This document shows positions 30,501 through 39,055 of a stretch of 64,000 nt of DNA, in pieces. Each line of letters opens with the position of its first letter. Position 1 is the stretch's first letter. Position numbers and translations under genes: made by a program. Origin of the DNA: Oligoflexales bacterium (lineage in GTDB: Bacteria; Bdellovibrionota_B; Oligoflexia; Oligoflexales; Bog-1112); assembly GCA_045106415.1 (NCBI GenBank), contig JBGCEP010000012.1, positions 1-64,000 on the forward strand, in the 5' to 3' direction. Below the pieces are notes generated by a model. It had not been told where the DNA came from, did no database searches, and saw only the letters and a program-made list of their open reading frames with translations.

Positions 30501-30624
30501 ATTTCGAAAAATACTTTGCATAATCTTCAATCGAAGGAGGACGGCGCTCTTCTCTTGCTAATAGACTAACACTTAAAAAAGCACTAAAAAGAAAGATAAT
30601 AGTATTTAAAAACTTAGACTTCAT
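27553..30624 (-). CDS. Large periplasmic TPR protein, GltD/AgmU-like
   Basis: 1023 aa with signal peptide, many TPRs (YAVYKLGW, ALYNA) and a C-terminal 'LEQVAFPLKEEA...FSNW'. Confidence 0.75.
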   Translation of the reverse strand: MKSKFLNTIIFLFSAFLSVSLLAREERRPPSIEDYAKYFSKFDHTASVKEKKQAEKLRLKTIKAISKILKSRASLGEREFELYLRLGEIMTERHDYYRDLEYSRYQLQYKSWVKGKKKGPEPQLSHNDSRSLLTSAVNVFRKLVSKFPKHPRTDGALFALGTTLARLGNSNADLYFNQLLKTHPRSPLVPDTFLALGEHYFENQNVQKSIQNYRGVLKFPKHKAYPYAVYKLGWSHYNQAFNDESVKQKHLTKAAAAFKLVVKLASSTSRDTQYSLKDEALNDLVMVWADAEDIQSAWDYFKNLDEENKFYAMLERLGYLYEENGEQEKSIRVFARLLREAPSRESNYEVSLTVVSLYEGLNKPKKVVSSLKSYSKTYLGKSEWVQDLKEKNADAVISAKEDFQKELQRYATSFHQYGAENDKKSYVAAAASLYHLYLKHFESSQTSVEMRFYLATILEDFKKYELASDQYAKVAEPNTKFRPDAALSAISTLNLAILQQEKSKLPPRGKAAKKIDIPREQKKLIKAIHAYHKFYPQDKSLAKLKSTIAEIYFTHGHYERSFDVYLKIMKQHPATQQNNEAVKTMISYHADRKQWEDVIKVSNHIASHDGALADNGLRSWVAGLVQGSMFKIGENYEKNKSYKDASSTFMSLYQKFPKAKDADLALYKASLNFHQIGEVEKSLDANRILIDKFPSSPLKKDVNAIVAQTYESLAQFDLAAKYYKTLGEKYPKDSRSPGALYNATVLYRGLKKYALAIESAVALMNLHPQSPLYEKVAFETSEILEAAGKKDEARRSYAGFQRRFPRSERSLVAAARSAHLESQLNPSKGQQSLFRVRQQLLSTQNAPIEARNLVAEGMFRVVNAKYKRFLDYPLGSSQIEKSIQNKNKMLISLVKDYEVVIETGSGEFTVASLYRMGRVHEKLAEDLFNVEAPSGAGEDVVNAFKSSLEQVAFPLKEEAYKYYEHAYNSSRDVGTFSNWTKLAYEKMAELRPADHKKINAETVNPSYFSHVLKVSDSRSNLVQ

Positions 30625-30648
30625 ATCGTCTCCAATAGAAAAGAAAAC

Positions 30649-32163
30649 CTACTCACGACACGCAGAGTTTTCTTGATAAATATAATATCCAACTTCATCC
30701 CACCAATATTCACCTTTATTATCACTCGCCCAGCTTTGGTTGTTCACACGGCCCCAGCCTTGGACTTTTAACCTCCTCGAAACATTATCGAATTTCAATG
30801 AAGAGTGAAGCTCTTTTCCTAGTACTTGATCGGCCTCACTCATTAAAAGTTCGACCATTAAAAAATCAACTTGCTGATTTAAACCATCATATTCTTTTTC
30901 AAGAGATTTAAGTTCAGTAATAAATTGCCGTCCAAGTTCTTGTTTCAAAGATTTTTCCCAATTCATAATCCGACGTATTGATTGATTACGAGTCGACTTA
31001 AAAATCTTGTCTTTTTGCATTCTGTTTCTCTCCTCCAAAGCATCAGCTAATTGCGATCGAATAGCCATCATCGAAGGTTGATTCATCGCTGATTGTAAAA
31101 GAGGCCTAGGGAGCTCTAAAGAACTTGAAGAAACACCTGCTAGGACATCTTCAAAAAGCCTATAAGCAGACATAGGAGAAACACGACGCTTACTAAGCCA
31201 TGTTTTTAATTTAACAATTACTTTTCTGTCATTATCAATAAAGCTCTGAAGAGCAATTCGACTTTGATCATAGCGACACATCCAAAAATATGAAATAGCT
31301 TGCAACACATGATCTTCAGGACGGTATGTATCAAAAAAAGGACTTCCGGCACCATGCAAAGCTCCTAATGCGTGATTAGGGTGCCCGGACATAAAGAATG
31401 CCCAAGCTTGCTCTGATAAAGCATCTTGAAACCATAGTCCATCTCTTGAGATGGAACGATATAATTTAATAGATTGTAAAAATTTCTTTTCTTCATAAAA
31501 AATTCTGGCTGCCGTTAAAGAGGATAAGTCAACAAGCCTTGTTTCTTCTGTATCTGAAAAATCTCCACCAACGACTTCTTTACGCATTTTTAATAAAATT
31601 TTCAAAGCTTGATTATTTCGACCCTGATCAACAAGAATAAGAGCAATTCTATATTGAGCAGGCCAATAATGCCGAGAGTTCTTTGGTATACTCTTAAAGG
31701 TTTTTACGGCATCTCTAATGTTATTTTTTTTCTCCAGTGAAATCCCATAATAATACTTCCATGACTTTACTCTTGTGCTTTCTGAGTAAGTTGTAACAAG
31801 TTCATCCATCATATGGTTTAAATGGTAGCGGCTTGCGACACGATCAATTTTTTTAATAGATATTTTCATCGGTCTTTGAATAGCTGATAAAGCATCATAA
31901 GCATATAATGCAGAGGCCACTGGATATTTCTTTTCCATAAAACCAGACAAGACGCTAAAATAATAAGCCTTTGTCTTTCTGTCCATTTTTTCTATTCTTT
32001 GCCTTGATAAGAATTTCCATAACTCCAAAGTCGATAATTTTTTAGATTTATGAGCTATGACATTTTTTTTGATATGAGAAACTGATACACGCTGACTCTT
32101 AGCCGCCATACTCGTCGACAAAATCATTAAAAATATAAAAATTTTCACAACACTATTCACCAA
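30649..32163 (-). CDS. TPR protein, GltC-like
   Basis: 'DALSEQAWAFF..G..NHALGALH..SPFF', 'YFWMCRY' and C-terminal 'GEYWWDEVGYY...C'. Confidence 0.72.
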   Translation of the reverse strand: MVNSVVKIFIFLMILSTSMAAKSQRVSVSHIKKNVIAHKSKKLSTLELWKFLSRQRIEKMDRKTKAYYFSVLSGFMEKKYPVASALYAYDALSAIQRPMKISIKKIDRVASRYHLNHMMDELVTTYSESTRVKSWKYYYGISLEKKNNIRDAVKTFKSIPKNSRHYWPAQYRIALILVDQGRNNQALKILLKMRKEVVGGDFSDTEETRLVDLSSLTAARIFYEEKKFLQSIKLYRSISRDGLWFQDALSEQAWAFFMSGHPNHALGALHGAGSPFFDTYRPEDHVLQAISYFWMCRYDQSRIALQSFIDNDRKVIVKLKTWLSKRRVSPMSAYRLFEDVLAGVSSSSLELPRPLLQSAMNQPSMMAIRSQLADALEERNRMQKDKIFKSTRNQSIRRIMNWEKSLKQELGRQFITELKSLEKEYDGLNQQVDFLMVELLMSEADQVLGKELHSSLKFDNVSRRLKVQGWGRVNNQSWASDNKGEYWWDEVGYYIYQENSACRE

Positions 32164-32168
32164 AACTC

Positions 32169-32852
32169 CTAGAGCATATACCCTAAATTAAGACTTAAAT
32201 TCATGATGTGACGCGTATATTTTTGCTGACTTCTCTCTTCTTGAAAAAAACGGCTTCTATATAAGAACTTTATGCTCCACTGCTCCATAAAATACATAGC
32301 TTCACCAAAGCCGAGATTAAGAGCTATTTTTTGGCCTTGATCTGTTTTTAGAGATGTAAGTCCTGTGAGAAAAAGAAAATCTGCGTAAACAATATTTTCA
32401 TCTAAGATATTAAATTTTCCATAAAAAGGAGCAAAGACTACCCCAAGATCCGTCATTGAGTGAATCCTATTTCTTTCAGGATCAACACTCACTAATCGAT
32501 CTGGATCAGCAGTATCCGTCACAACAGGCCTATAACTTAACGACCTTAAAGCATTGTAATCATCACTATCTGTGATGTGTGATTGATTTATATTGAGTTC
32601 AAAGCCTAAACTTTCTTTAAGAAAATAAGAAAGATGTAAACCTGTCAGGAAAGTATCATTGTACGCTTCTCGTAAAATCATACTCGTATTCAATCCAAAT
32701 TGGATTCTGTTCGATTTCTCAAAAAACCTTTGCTGCAATACTGATACAGGCCTACGAGACTGAACTCCACGAATACCGTCAGCATCTACAGAAGAAGCTA
32801 ATAAAAAATCAGGCATCCATACCATGGTCAAAAATAATAAAAAATTTCTCAT
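32169..32852 (-). CDS. Outer-membrane beta-barrel, gliding GltA/GltB/GltH-type
   Basis: 'VLQQRFFEKSNR', 'FAPFYGKFN', alternating beta pattern and terminal LNLGYML. Confidence 0.72.
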   Translation of the reverse strand: MRNFLLFLTMVWMPDFLLASSVDADGIRGVQSRRPVSVLQQRFFEKSNRIQFGLNTSMILREAYNDTFLTGLHLSYFLKESLGFELNINQSHITDSDDYNALRSLSYRPVVTDTADPDRLVSVDPERNRIHSMTDLGVVFAPFYGKFNILDENIVYADFLFLTGLTSLKTDQGQKIALNLGFGEAMYFMEQWSIKFLYRSRFFQEERSQQKYTRHIMNLSLNLGYML

Positions 32853-33135
32853 TCTCTATCCTCCAGAGGTTGAACTCCCCTGTAGTATTCATTTCGGTCA
32901 CAATCCCAAAAAATCCAACTGGCAAAAATTTCCTTGTATTTTTCGATCTCTAAAAAATTCATTTCACCCAACTCTTTGCCATACATGATAATTTATTGTC
33001 ATGATAGCTCGTCCCATCACAAAGCTATGCCGGCAATTTTGTGACCTCACTACAAAACTCGTATATTTGACAATTGATATCGAGAAAGAAGACAATCTTG
33101 TTGAAAAACAATCACCTTCCATATGAGGCATCGTA

Positions 33136-33840
33136 ATGATTAAAAAATCTATTTTCATGAATTTTTTATTTGCAAATCTATTGCTTGGGCAAAATGTTAT
33201 CGAAATACCCGCACCTATTGAAAAAATATTTTCAATAGAAAAGGGTTTTGATAACAATGACAATGTTGAAGTTCTCATTTCAGGTTACTTACCAGATACT
33301 TGCCACAAACTTGGACGGACAACAGTAAATGTAGATCATGAAAACAAACACATTCAAATTAATGCCACAGCATTTTTTCAGCAAGACAAGTCTTGCCTAC
33401 AGATACGTACTCCATATCTAGAAACTATCAATATAGGCCTCTTAGCTGCAGGATCTTATAGCATTGATGTTGTAGGACAAAATATATTTCAAAGCCAACT
33501 CAAAATCGATACAAGTTATCACTCACAACAAGATGACCAGCTCTATGCACCAGTTCAATCTCTTTCTTTGGAACCAGGCCAATCAACAGTTCTTCTTCAA
33601 GGTAGCTACCCAAATGTCCTGGAAGGTTGTATGGTCATAGAAAAAATTGAAACATATAAAATGGATAATATCCTAGTGATTCTCCCTATTGCTGCTATCA
33701 CTAAAGATGAAAATATCTGCAACCGGGACGACAAAATGTTCTCCCTGCATGTTGATATTGACGATGAATTAAAAAACAACAACGGGCTCGTCTATATTCG
33801 CACTGCAAGTGGGCGTTCAAAGAGTCTTTTAGTGAACTAA
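33136..33840 (+). CDS. Secreted hypothetical protein with two similar beta domains
   Basis: Signal peptide; repeated 'GYLPDTC' and 'GSYPNVLEGC' units. Confidence 0.7.
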   Translation: MIKKSIFMNFLFANLLLGQNVIEIPAPIEKIFSIEKGFDNNDNVEVLISGYLPDTCHKLGRTTVNVDHENKHIQINATAFFQQDKSCLQIRTPYLETINIGLLAAGSYSIDVVGQNIFQSQLKIDTSYHSQQDDQLYAPVQSLSLEPGQSTVLLQGSYPNVLEGCMVIEKIETYKMDNILVILPIAAITKDENICNRDDKMFSLHVDIDDELKNNNGLVYIRTASGRSKSLLVN

Positions 33841-33845
33841 AAAAT

Positions 33846-34223
33846 TTAAGGTCGCCGTGATTTCGAAAGCTTACGGCGATCTTTTCCTAACTCAAGACTC
33901 AAAAAAGTATCTGCAAACAAAGCTAAATACGAAGCAAAGAGTACAGTACCAATAATCATTAAAACAATAGCAACAATCCTTCCCCAGAAAGTTACCGGAA
34001 CAATATCTCCATAACCCACTGCTGTAACCGTAGTAAAGGCCCACCAAATTGCGTCCATACGCTCATCAACATCAGGATTTTGACCAAATTCAAAAAAATA
34101 AAATAGTTCAGAAAAAATAAAGACAGAAAAGTTCCCTAAAGTTGAAAGAACTACAAAGTGTGGTGAAAAAATAAAATCCTGCAAAGAAACTAACAATGAC
34201 GTGTATCGTGACGACACTTTCAT
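33846..34223 (-). CDS. Minimal 2-TM potassium channel (KcsA/Ion_trans_2-like)
   Basis: DAIWWAFTTVTAVGYGDIVPVTFWGR flanked by two TM helices. Confidence 0.92.
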   Translation of the reverse strand: MKVSSRYTSLLVSLQDFIFSPHFVVLSTLGNFSVFIFSELFYFFEFGQNPDVDERMDAIWWAFTTVTAVGYGDIVPVTFWGRIVAIVLMIIGTVLFASYLALFADTFLSLELGKDRRKLSKSRRP

Positions 34224-34313
34224 TATTTAACCCCTGAATAGAAATAGAACATCTCATTATTTCTAATATACTCTAAAAACAACCATTGGTGTTTAAATCC
34301 ATAATCATCTAAG

Positions 34314-35555
34314 ATGGCTACCGTAAATACCACGGAGAACATCATGTTTAGTTTTCGATATTCTGAACTATTAAATGCTAGAAATTTGCTCATTTCCACC
34401 TGTGGATTGCTGCAAAAAAAGAAAACCGTTTTTCTCACCAAAAATTTCCATGACTGTTATCTTGTTTTAAAGAACTCCCATATCAAAGGTCTCTTTATAG
34501 AGCAATTTGTTGCATGTCCAGCATGGAGCCCTGTTTTATCCATAGAATCAACAGATGGAGACCTCTGGAAACAATTACAAAGACGATTTAAAACAACATT
34601 TACTCAACTGTCATGGGAAGAAAAAATCCCAAAACTCATTAAAAAATACATAAAAAAAACACTCCTAAAAACTAAAGATATCAATAACACCTTCATTAGA
34701 GAAATCATTTGTCAAACAATGTTTGAAGTCCTTTTTCATATAGAGCCAACTCAAGAACAGATTCAACTCTTTTGCTCAGCATCCATGGAATGGTCTAAAG
34801 AAATCGCCATGCGAGGATCACGCAATCCTCAACTTAAAAAAGAATTTTGGCAAGAACTCTCCCTTTTAGTCTCCTTTCACTACCCTGAGATGAAAAGTAT
34901 GAATACCAAAGAGCGTATGATATTTATCTCCTCTCTTGCACAACCTTTTATTTTATCTCCTATGATTAATTTTTCAGACATTTATGCGTCGTTCAGTTTT
35001 CAAATCGAAAAAAGCCCACAATGGGGTTCATGGTTGCAAAAGCAAGTCGCGAACAATCAAAGCATGAATATTCTTCACTTCATGCTAGAGTGCATTCGCA
35101 TTCATCACCCTTTCCCAATATTCGAAAGAGAAATGATCAAAGACTTAAGCATTAGCGATCAAACTCTTAAAAAAGGAACTCAAGTTTTTATCCTTCTTGA
35201 TTCTTTTTCTATGGAAAAAGATATTCATCTGAAATACTGGGAAAACCAAGATAAAAATATTATGAAATCATTTATTTTTGGATCTGGAGCAAGAAGCTGT
35301 TTAGGCCAAAAGTTAGCTGAAAGCATTTTAGTGGAAATGACTAAAAACCTCGTTTTAGAAAATATTCCATTAACAAAACTACAGTCAGGCCTTTCCTTTA
35401 GCGGGCGCCTGAATGATCATCAAACAATTCCAGGTGAGACTCTCTATCAAACAAAAAAAGCAGTTAATCTTCTCAAATCAAGTTACGCCGTAGGAAAAGG
35501 AGAAAAGGTGCAATGCCCATTTCATACCGCACAATCTGACTTACAATCATTTTAA
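34314..35555 (+). CDS. Atypical cytochrome P450 (likely start ATG 34344)
   Basis: Heme motif FGSGARSCLG, K-helix ECIR and the 'KKGTQVFI' strand. Confidence 0.85.
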   Translation: MATVNTTENIMFSFRYSELLNARNLLISTCGLLQKKKTVFLTKNFHDCYLVLKNSHIKGLFIEQFVACPAWSPVLSIESTDGDLWKQLQRRFKTTFTQLSWEEKIPKLIKKYIKKTLLKTKDINNTFIREIICQTMFEVLFHIEPTQEQIQLFCSASMEWSKEIAMRGSRNPQLKKEFWQELSLLVSFHYPEMKSMNTKERMIFISSLAQPFILSPMINFSDIYASFSFQIEKSPQWGSWLQKQVANNQSMNILHFMLECIRIHHPFPIFEREMIKDLSISDQTLKKGTQVFILLDSFSMEKDIHLKYWENQDKNIMKSFIFGSGARSCLGQKLAESILVEMTKNLVLENIPLTKLQSGLSFSGRLNDHQTIPGETLYQTKKAVNLLKSSYAVGKGEKVQCPFHTAQSDLQSF

Positions 35556-35564
35556 AAAAGAAAG

Positions 35565-35640
35565 TGGTGGAGATAAGCGGAATCGAACCGCTGACCTATA
35601 CAATGCCATTGTATCGCTCTACCAACTGAGCTATATCCCC
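35565..35640 (-). tRNA. tRNA-Ala(GGC)
   Basis: GGGGATATAGCTCAGTTGGTAGAGCG-ATACA-ATGGCAT-TGTAT-AGGTCAGCGGTTCGATTCCGCTTATCTCCACCA, 76 nt with encoded CCA. TTGACA upstream at 35681-35676. Confidence 0.98.
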
Positions 35641-35746
35641 TGAAGATAAAATGATCTACAACACTTACAATACATTGTCAAGGTCGAAAATTTTCAATCG
35701 TAAATCTCCATTCTCAGTTTGAGAGCTGATATGATCGTATAAAAAA

Positions 35747-36919
35747 TTGATTAAGGAAAAAATAATGAGCATGCAGCGCGCGATGATTTTTTTGATCTTA
35801 ATTGGAGCTATAGGTTTTGGATTCTCCTCTTACTCAATTCTCCACCACCAGCAAGTCCAACTGCAAGGCACTACAGACGCAGCCTGTAACATCAATTCCT
35901 CTATTAACTGTGATGCTATAGCAAATAGTGCCTACAGTGAGTTCTTTGGACAACCTTTGGGGCAGTGGGGGCAAGGGTTTTTTACAGCTTTTATTTTTTA
36001 TGGAATTCTTATTTCTCTAGGTCAGGTTCAAAACCTTTTATGGCTTACTCTACTGGTGGCATTAGGGTGTCTTACAACCCTCGCTCTGGGCGCGCTCTCA
36101 TTCTCATTAGGCTCTCTCTGCCTCATTTGTCTTGGCGTCTATGCCAGTATCTTAAGCGCCGCAGGCGTTCTTTTTCAGATTCGAGGACACATCACAAGTT
36201 CATCTCCAGATCATCTTATCAAAAATATTGTACTCTCAGGTTTTTTACTCGCATCAGGCCTTATTTGGGCTCCAGCCACCTGGTTTTCCAATTTAGAAGA
36301 TATAGCCCCCCCTAAACTTAAAGACTTCTCAGCCCCTTTGCTTGCCACAGAACAAAAAAACATACCGATCAGTACTTCAAAATTTTCCGGCTTAGGCGAA
36401 GATTATAGATGGGGAAGTGATTCTGCAAAAGCTGTTATTGTTGAGTTCTCTGACTTTCAATGTCCTGCATGCGGAAATATGTCACACACTTTATCAACAC
36501 TCAAAAAAGAATTTGGCGATGGACTTTTAATTGTTTACAAGAATTACCCTCTTGATAACTCTTGTAATAAAAGTATGCAAAGAGGATTCCACGAACACGC
36601 CTGCCTTGCAGCAACTCTAGCTCGTTGTGCTGGTGAGTATCAAAAATTTTCTGACATGCACGATAAAATCTTCGCCAACCAATCTCAAATGAATGAAAGT
36701 AATCTTATAGCATGGGCGAAAGACATCGGTTTAAATCAGGATCAAATCTCAACATGTCAAACATCTCAAGCAATTCAAGATAAAATATCTGAGGACATAT
36801 CACTCGGAAACTCCTTAGGAGTACAAGGGACTCCTAGTCTTTTCCTCAATGGTCGCAAGGTGTTAGACTCAAGGTTGAGCAGTCTTCGTACAGCTGTACA
36901 AGCTTATCTCAAAAATTGA
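35747..36919 (+). CDS. VKOR-DsbA fusion (disulfide bond formation)
   Basis: VKOR loop cysteines CNINSSINC..SAYS and CLIC, then a thioredoxin domain EFSDFQCPAC...GTPS. Confidence 0.88.
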   Translation: MIKEKIMSMQRAMIFLILIGAIGFGFSSYSILHHQQVQLQGTTDAACNINSSINCDAIANSAYSEFFGQPLGQWGQGFFTAFIFYGILISLGQVQNLLWLTLLVALGCLTTLALGALSFSLGSLCLICLGVYASILSAAGVLFQIRGHITSSSPDHLIKNIVLSGFLLASGLIWAPATWFSNLEDIAPPKLKDFSAPLLATEQKNIPISTSKFSGLGEDYRWGSDSAKAVIVEFSDFQCPACGNMSHTLSTLKKEFGDGLLIVYKNYPLDNSCNKSMQRGFHEHACLAATLARCAGEYQKFSDMHDKIFANQSQMNESNLIAWAKDIGLNQDQISTCQTSQAIQDKISEDISLGNSLGVQGTPSLFLNGRKVLDSRLSSLRTAVQAYLKN

Positions 36920-36950
36920 AACTTGACATTCATGTTATTGTCCGTCATGG

Positions 36951-37739
36951 ATGAACCTCATGACGGAGGCTTTAATGGCACAAAATATGGAATTTGAAGC
37001 AGACTACCAGAAACGAATCCTACATATTCACTTTACCCAACCAACCGTCCTAGCCTCCCGCAGAGACGTCTTACAGTTGAGAGCTCAATGGACGGATGCT
37101 CTCAAAAGTTGGCATAGCCCTTATCGAGCAATCGTTAACTGTGAAAACCTCAGTGTCGAAAAAAACTCTGAGGTTGAAAACGCTTTGGCAACCATGATGG
37201 CTTTTCTAAAAGGTTTTTTTCTTAAAAAAGCTGAAGGCTTTGGCTACAGTACTGCACAAGGACATGATTCTTTACCCTTTTCCGTTCACATTTCACGAGA
37301 AGAGTGTGAAGGAGCGCAAAAAAAAACCGCGAAAGATACACAAGACTTCCGATCGAGGCTCGCTTTAGAAAATCATTTCCGTCAACAAACAGTTGAATTA
37401 ATGATTGAGCACCCAACTGCGATTGAAACAAAAAAACAACTCAACATTCTTAAATCCAAGCTTACGAACAATCTTATGCAATGGCACAGCGGCTGGAACC
37501 TTATGATTTATTGCCAACATCTCACAATCAACCCTGAGCTTTTTGACGAGTGGGAGAAGATGGTTGCGTTTCTTAAAGGCTTTTTCTTAAGAGATATCAT
37601 CGGCTACAGCCCCTCATCTCGAGAAGCTTCTTACCCATTTGAAGTTTTTCGCTCAAGACATCGGGCGGCTGCAAGGCTTGAACAAGAATCGTTATCATCT
37701 GGGGATACAGCTCACTGTCAAAGTGGCAAACCTCTCTAG
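36951..37739 (+). CDS. Hypothetical protein with a tandem duplicated ~120-aa domain
   Basis: Two copies of PT...WHS...C..L.....M.AFLKGFFL....G.......PF.V. Confidence 0.75.
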   Translation: MNLMTEALMAQNMEFEADYQKRILHIHFTQPTVLASRRDVLQLRAQWTDALKSWHSPYRAIVNCENLSVEKNSEVENALATMMAFLKGFFLKKAEGFGYSTAQGHDSLPFSVHISREECEGAQKKTAKDTQDFRSRLALENHFRQQTVELMIEHPTAIETKKQLNILKSKLTNNLMQWHSGWNLMIYCQHLTINPELFDEWEKMVAFLKGFFLRDIIGYSPSSREASYPFEVFRSRHRAAARLEQESLSSGDTAHCQSGKPL

Positions 37740-37770
37740 TCATAAATTTATAAAAATAGGAACACATGTT

Positions 37771-38082
37771 ATGGCAACACTCATCGCACACGCACAAGGT
37801 CATGTTATTTTACAAAATGGCCACACAGAGCTTCTCATTTTAGATCAATACGTCAAAGAGCTCCAACAAAAACAAGAGAAAAAACCTTTCGCTGAATATT
37901 TCCGAAGCACAGCTCTTGTCAATCGTAATGCTCGCCGCCTTTTCGATTCCTGGGTTCGCAAAGAGCCAAAATTATGGTCTCGCCTTTATGACTATATTCA
38001 CAACTCAATGAACGATGAAGACAACGCAGAGAGCACTCCTTCCAGCACTGAACAATCTGCCGACACAACCGCAGCAGAGTAA
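37771..38082 (+). CDS. Hypothetical protein
   Basis: ATG 37771 follows AGGA. The longer ORF-track start overlaps the upstream gene. Confidence 0.65.
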   Translation: MATLIAHAQGHVILQNGHTELLILDQYVKELQQKQEKKPFAEYFRSTALVNRNARRLFDSWVRKEPKLWSRLYDYIHNSMNDEDNAESTPSSTEQSADTTAAE

Positions 38083-38099
38083 TAAAGAACTCTGCTAGA

Positions 38100-38417
38100 A
38101 TGGTCATTGAACCTACTAGCAGAGTGATTCTTGTGATCCGAAAATTTCTTACGATTGGCGCTGAACTTCACCTTTCTTCAGCAAAATGGGATGACGACCT
38201 GGACCAACAGGGCCGGACTGTTGACTTATATATTCCTCTTGATGTCTTCTGGGAAATGCAAGAGACTATTGAAAAAATAAATTACCTCAAAGCCACACAT
38301 GTTCCAGCTTCAGATATTAAAGAACGCTATCGCAAGGTGTTTAAAATAGCAGCTCCATATGCGCTATTTGAAATAGATAGACTCTGGCTCTATAAAGAAA
38401 GTGGCTCGACTTCTTAA
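38100..38417 (+). CDS. Hypothetical protein
   Basis: 105-aa ORF in tandem with the neighbouring genes. Confidence 0.55.
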   Translation: MVIEPTSRVILVIRKFLTIGAELHLSSAKWDDDLDQQGRTVDLYIPLDVFWEMQETIEKINYLKATHVPASDIKERYRKVFKIAAPYALFEIDRLWLYKESGSTS

Positions 38418-39055
38418 GAAGAGGCTGCAATGATCCATGCACACAAGTTTCCCGCACTATGCAAACCCACCACAGCAAGAAGGCTTCTTGTTTTTTGGAA
38501 TATAAATCCTGTTACTAAACCCAAAAAAAATGCACCGGGAACAAGCCCTATCTCTAACACTGATATACGATCAAACGTGGGCCAACTATGAAGGAAACTA
38601 AACGTCATCGCTTGGAGATAAATCACATGTTCATCTTTTTTTAAATAAACCTGCAGCGCACCACCTAAACCTCTTCTGAACACCCATTCCTCGACCAAAG
38701 GAATCCACGTCAGCATCCACAGAGGTATTGAAAGATTAAAAAGATGAGAGAGACTGTGCAGCACAGCAAAAACACCGCACAATTTCAATGTCACACGCTG
38801 TATAGAAGAGTTTTTCTCAAGAAAAAAAAGAATAAAAACCAGAAAGGCATGAAATACTAGCGCGCTCTGCCAAGGGAGGACATAAAAAAAATCAACACCA
38901 AATTGGTACAGCTCGGCTAGAAAGACAGAAAAACACAAGCAACCACAGACAGCTGAACTAAGACGCAGATTGTATCGTTGTTGCTGCAAGAGTTTCCTGC
39001 ACGAGATCCATAAGGGTTCGCATGTCATTTTTAACAACATATGCTGTCGCTCCAA
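38414..39055 (-). CDS. CPBP (CAAX protease/Abi) family intramembrane metalloprotease
   Basis: EEWVFRRG, FSFLH and HSAGN motifs; hydrophobic. The true start is probably downstream of 39055. Confidence 0.8.
   Translation of the reverse strand: MERQHMLLKMTCEPLWISCRKLLQQQRYNLRLSSAVCGCLCFSVFLAELYQFGVDFFYVLPWQSALVFHAFLVFILFFLEKNSSIQRVTLKLCGVFAVLHSLSHLFNLSIPLWMLTWIPLVEEWVFRRGLGGALQVYLKKDEHVIYLQAMTFSFLHSWPTFDRISVLEIGLVPGAFFLGLVTGFIFQKTRSLLAVVGLHSAGNLCAWIIAASS

Noticed and set aside
34223..34441. 72-aa minus ORF upstream of the K+ channel as a missing channel domain
   Set aside because: It overlaps the P450 start on the opposite strand and shows no channel or regulatory motif.
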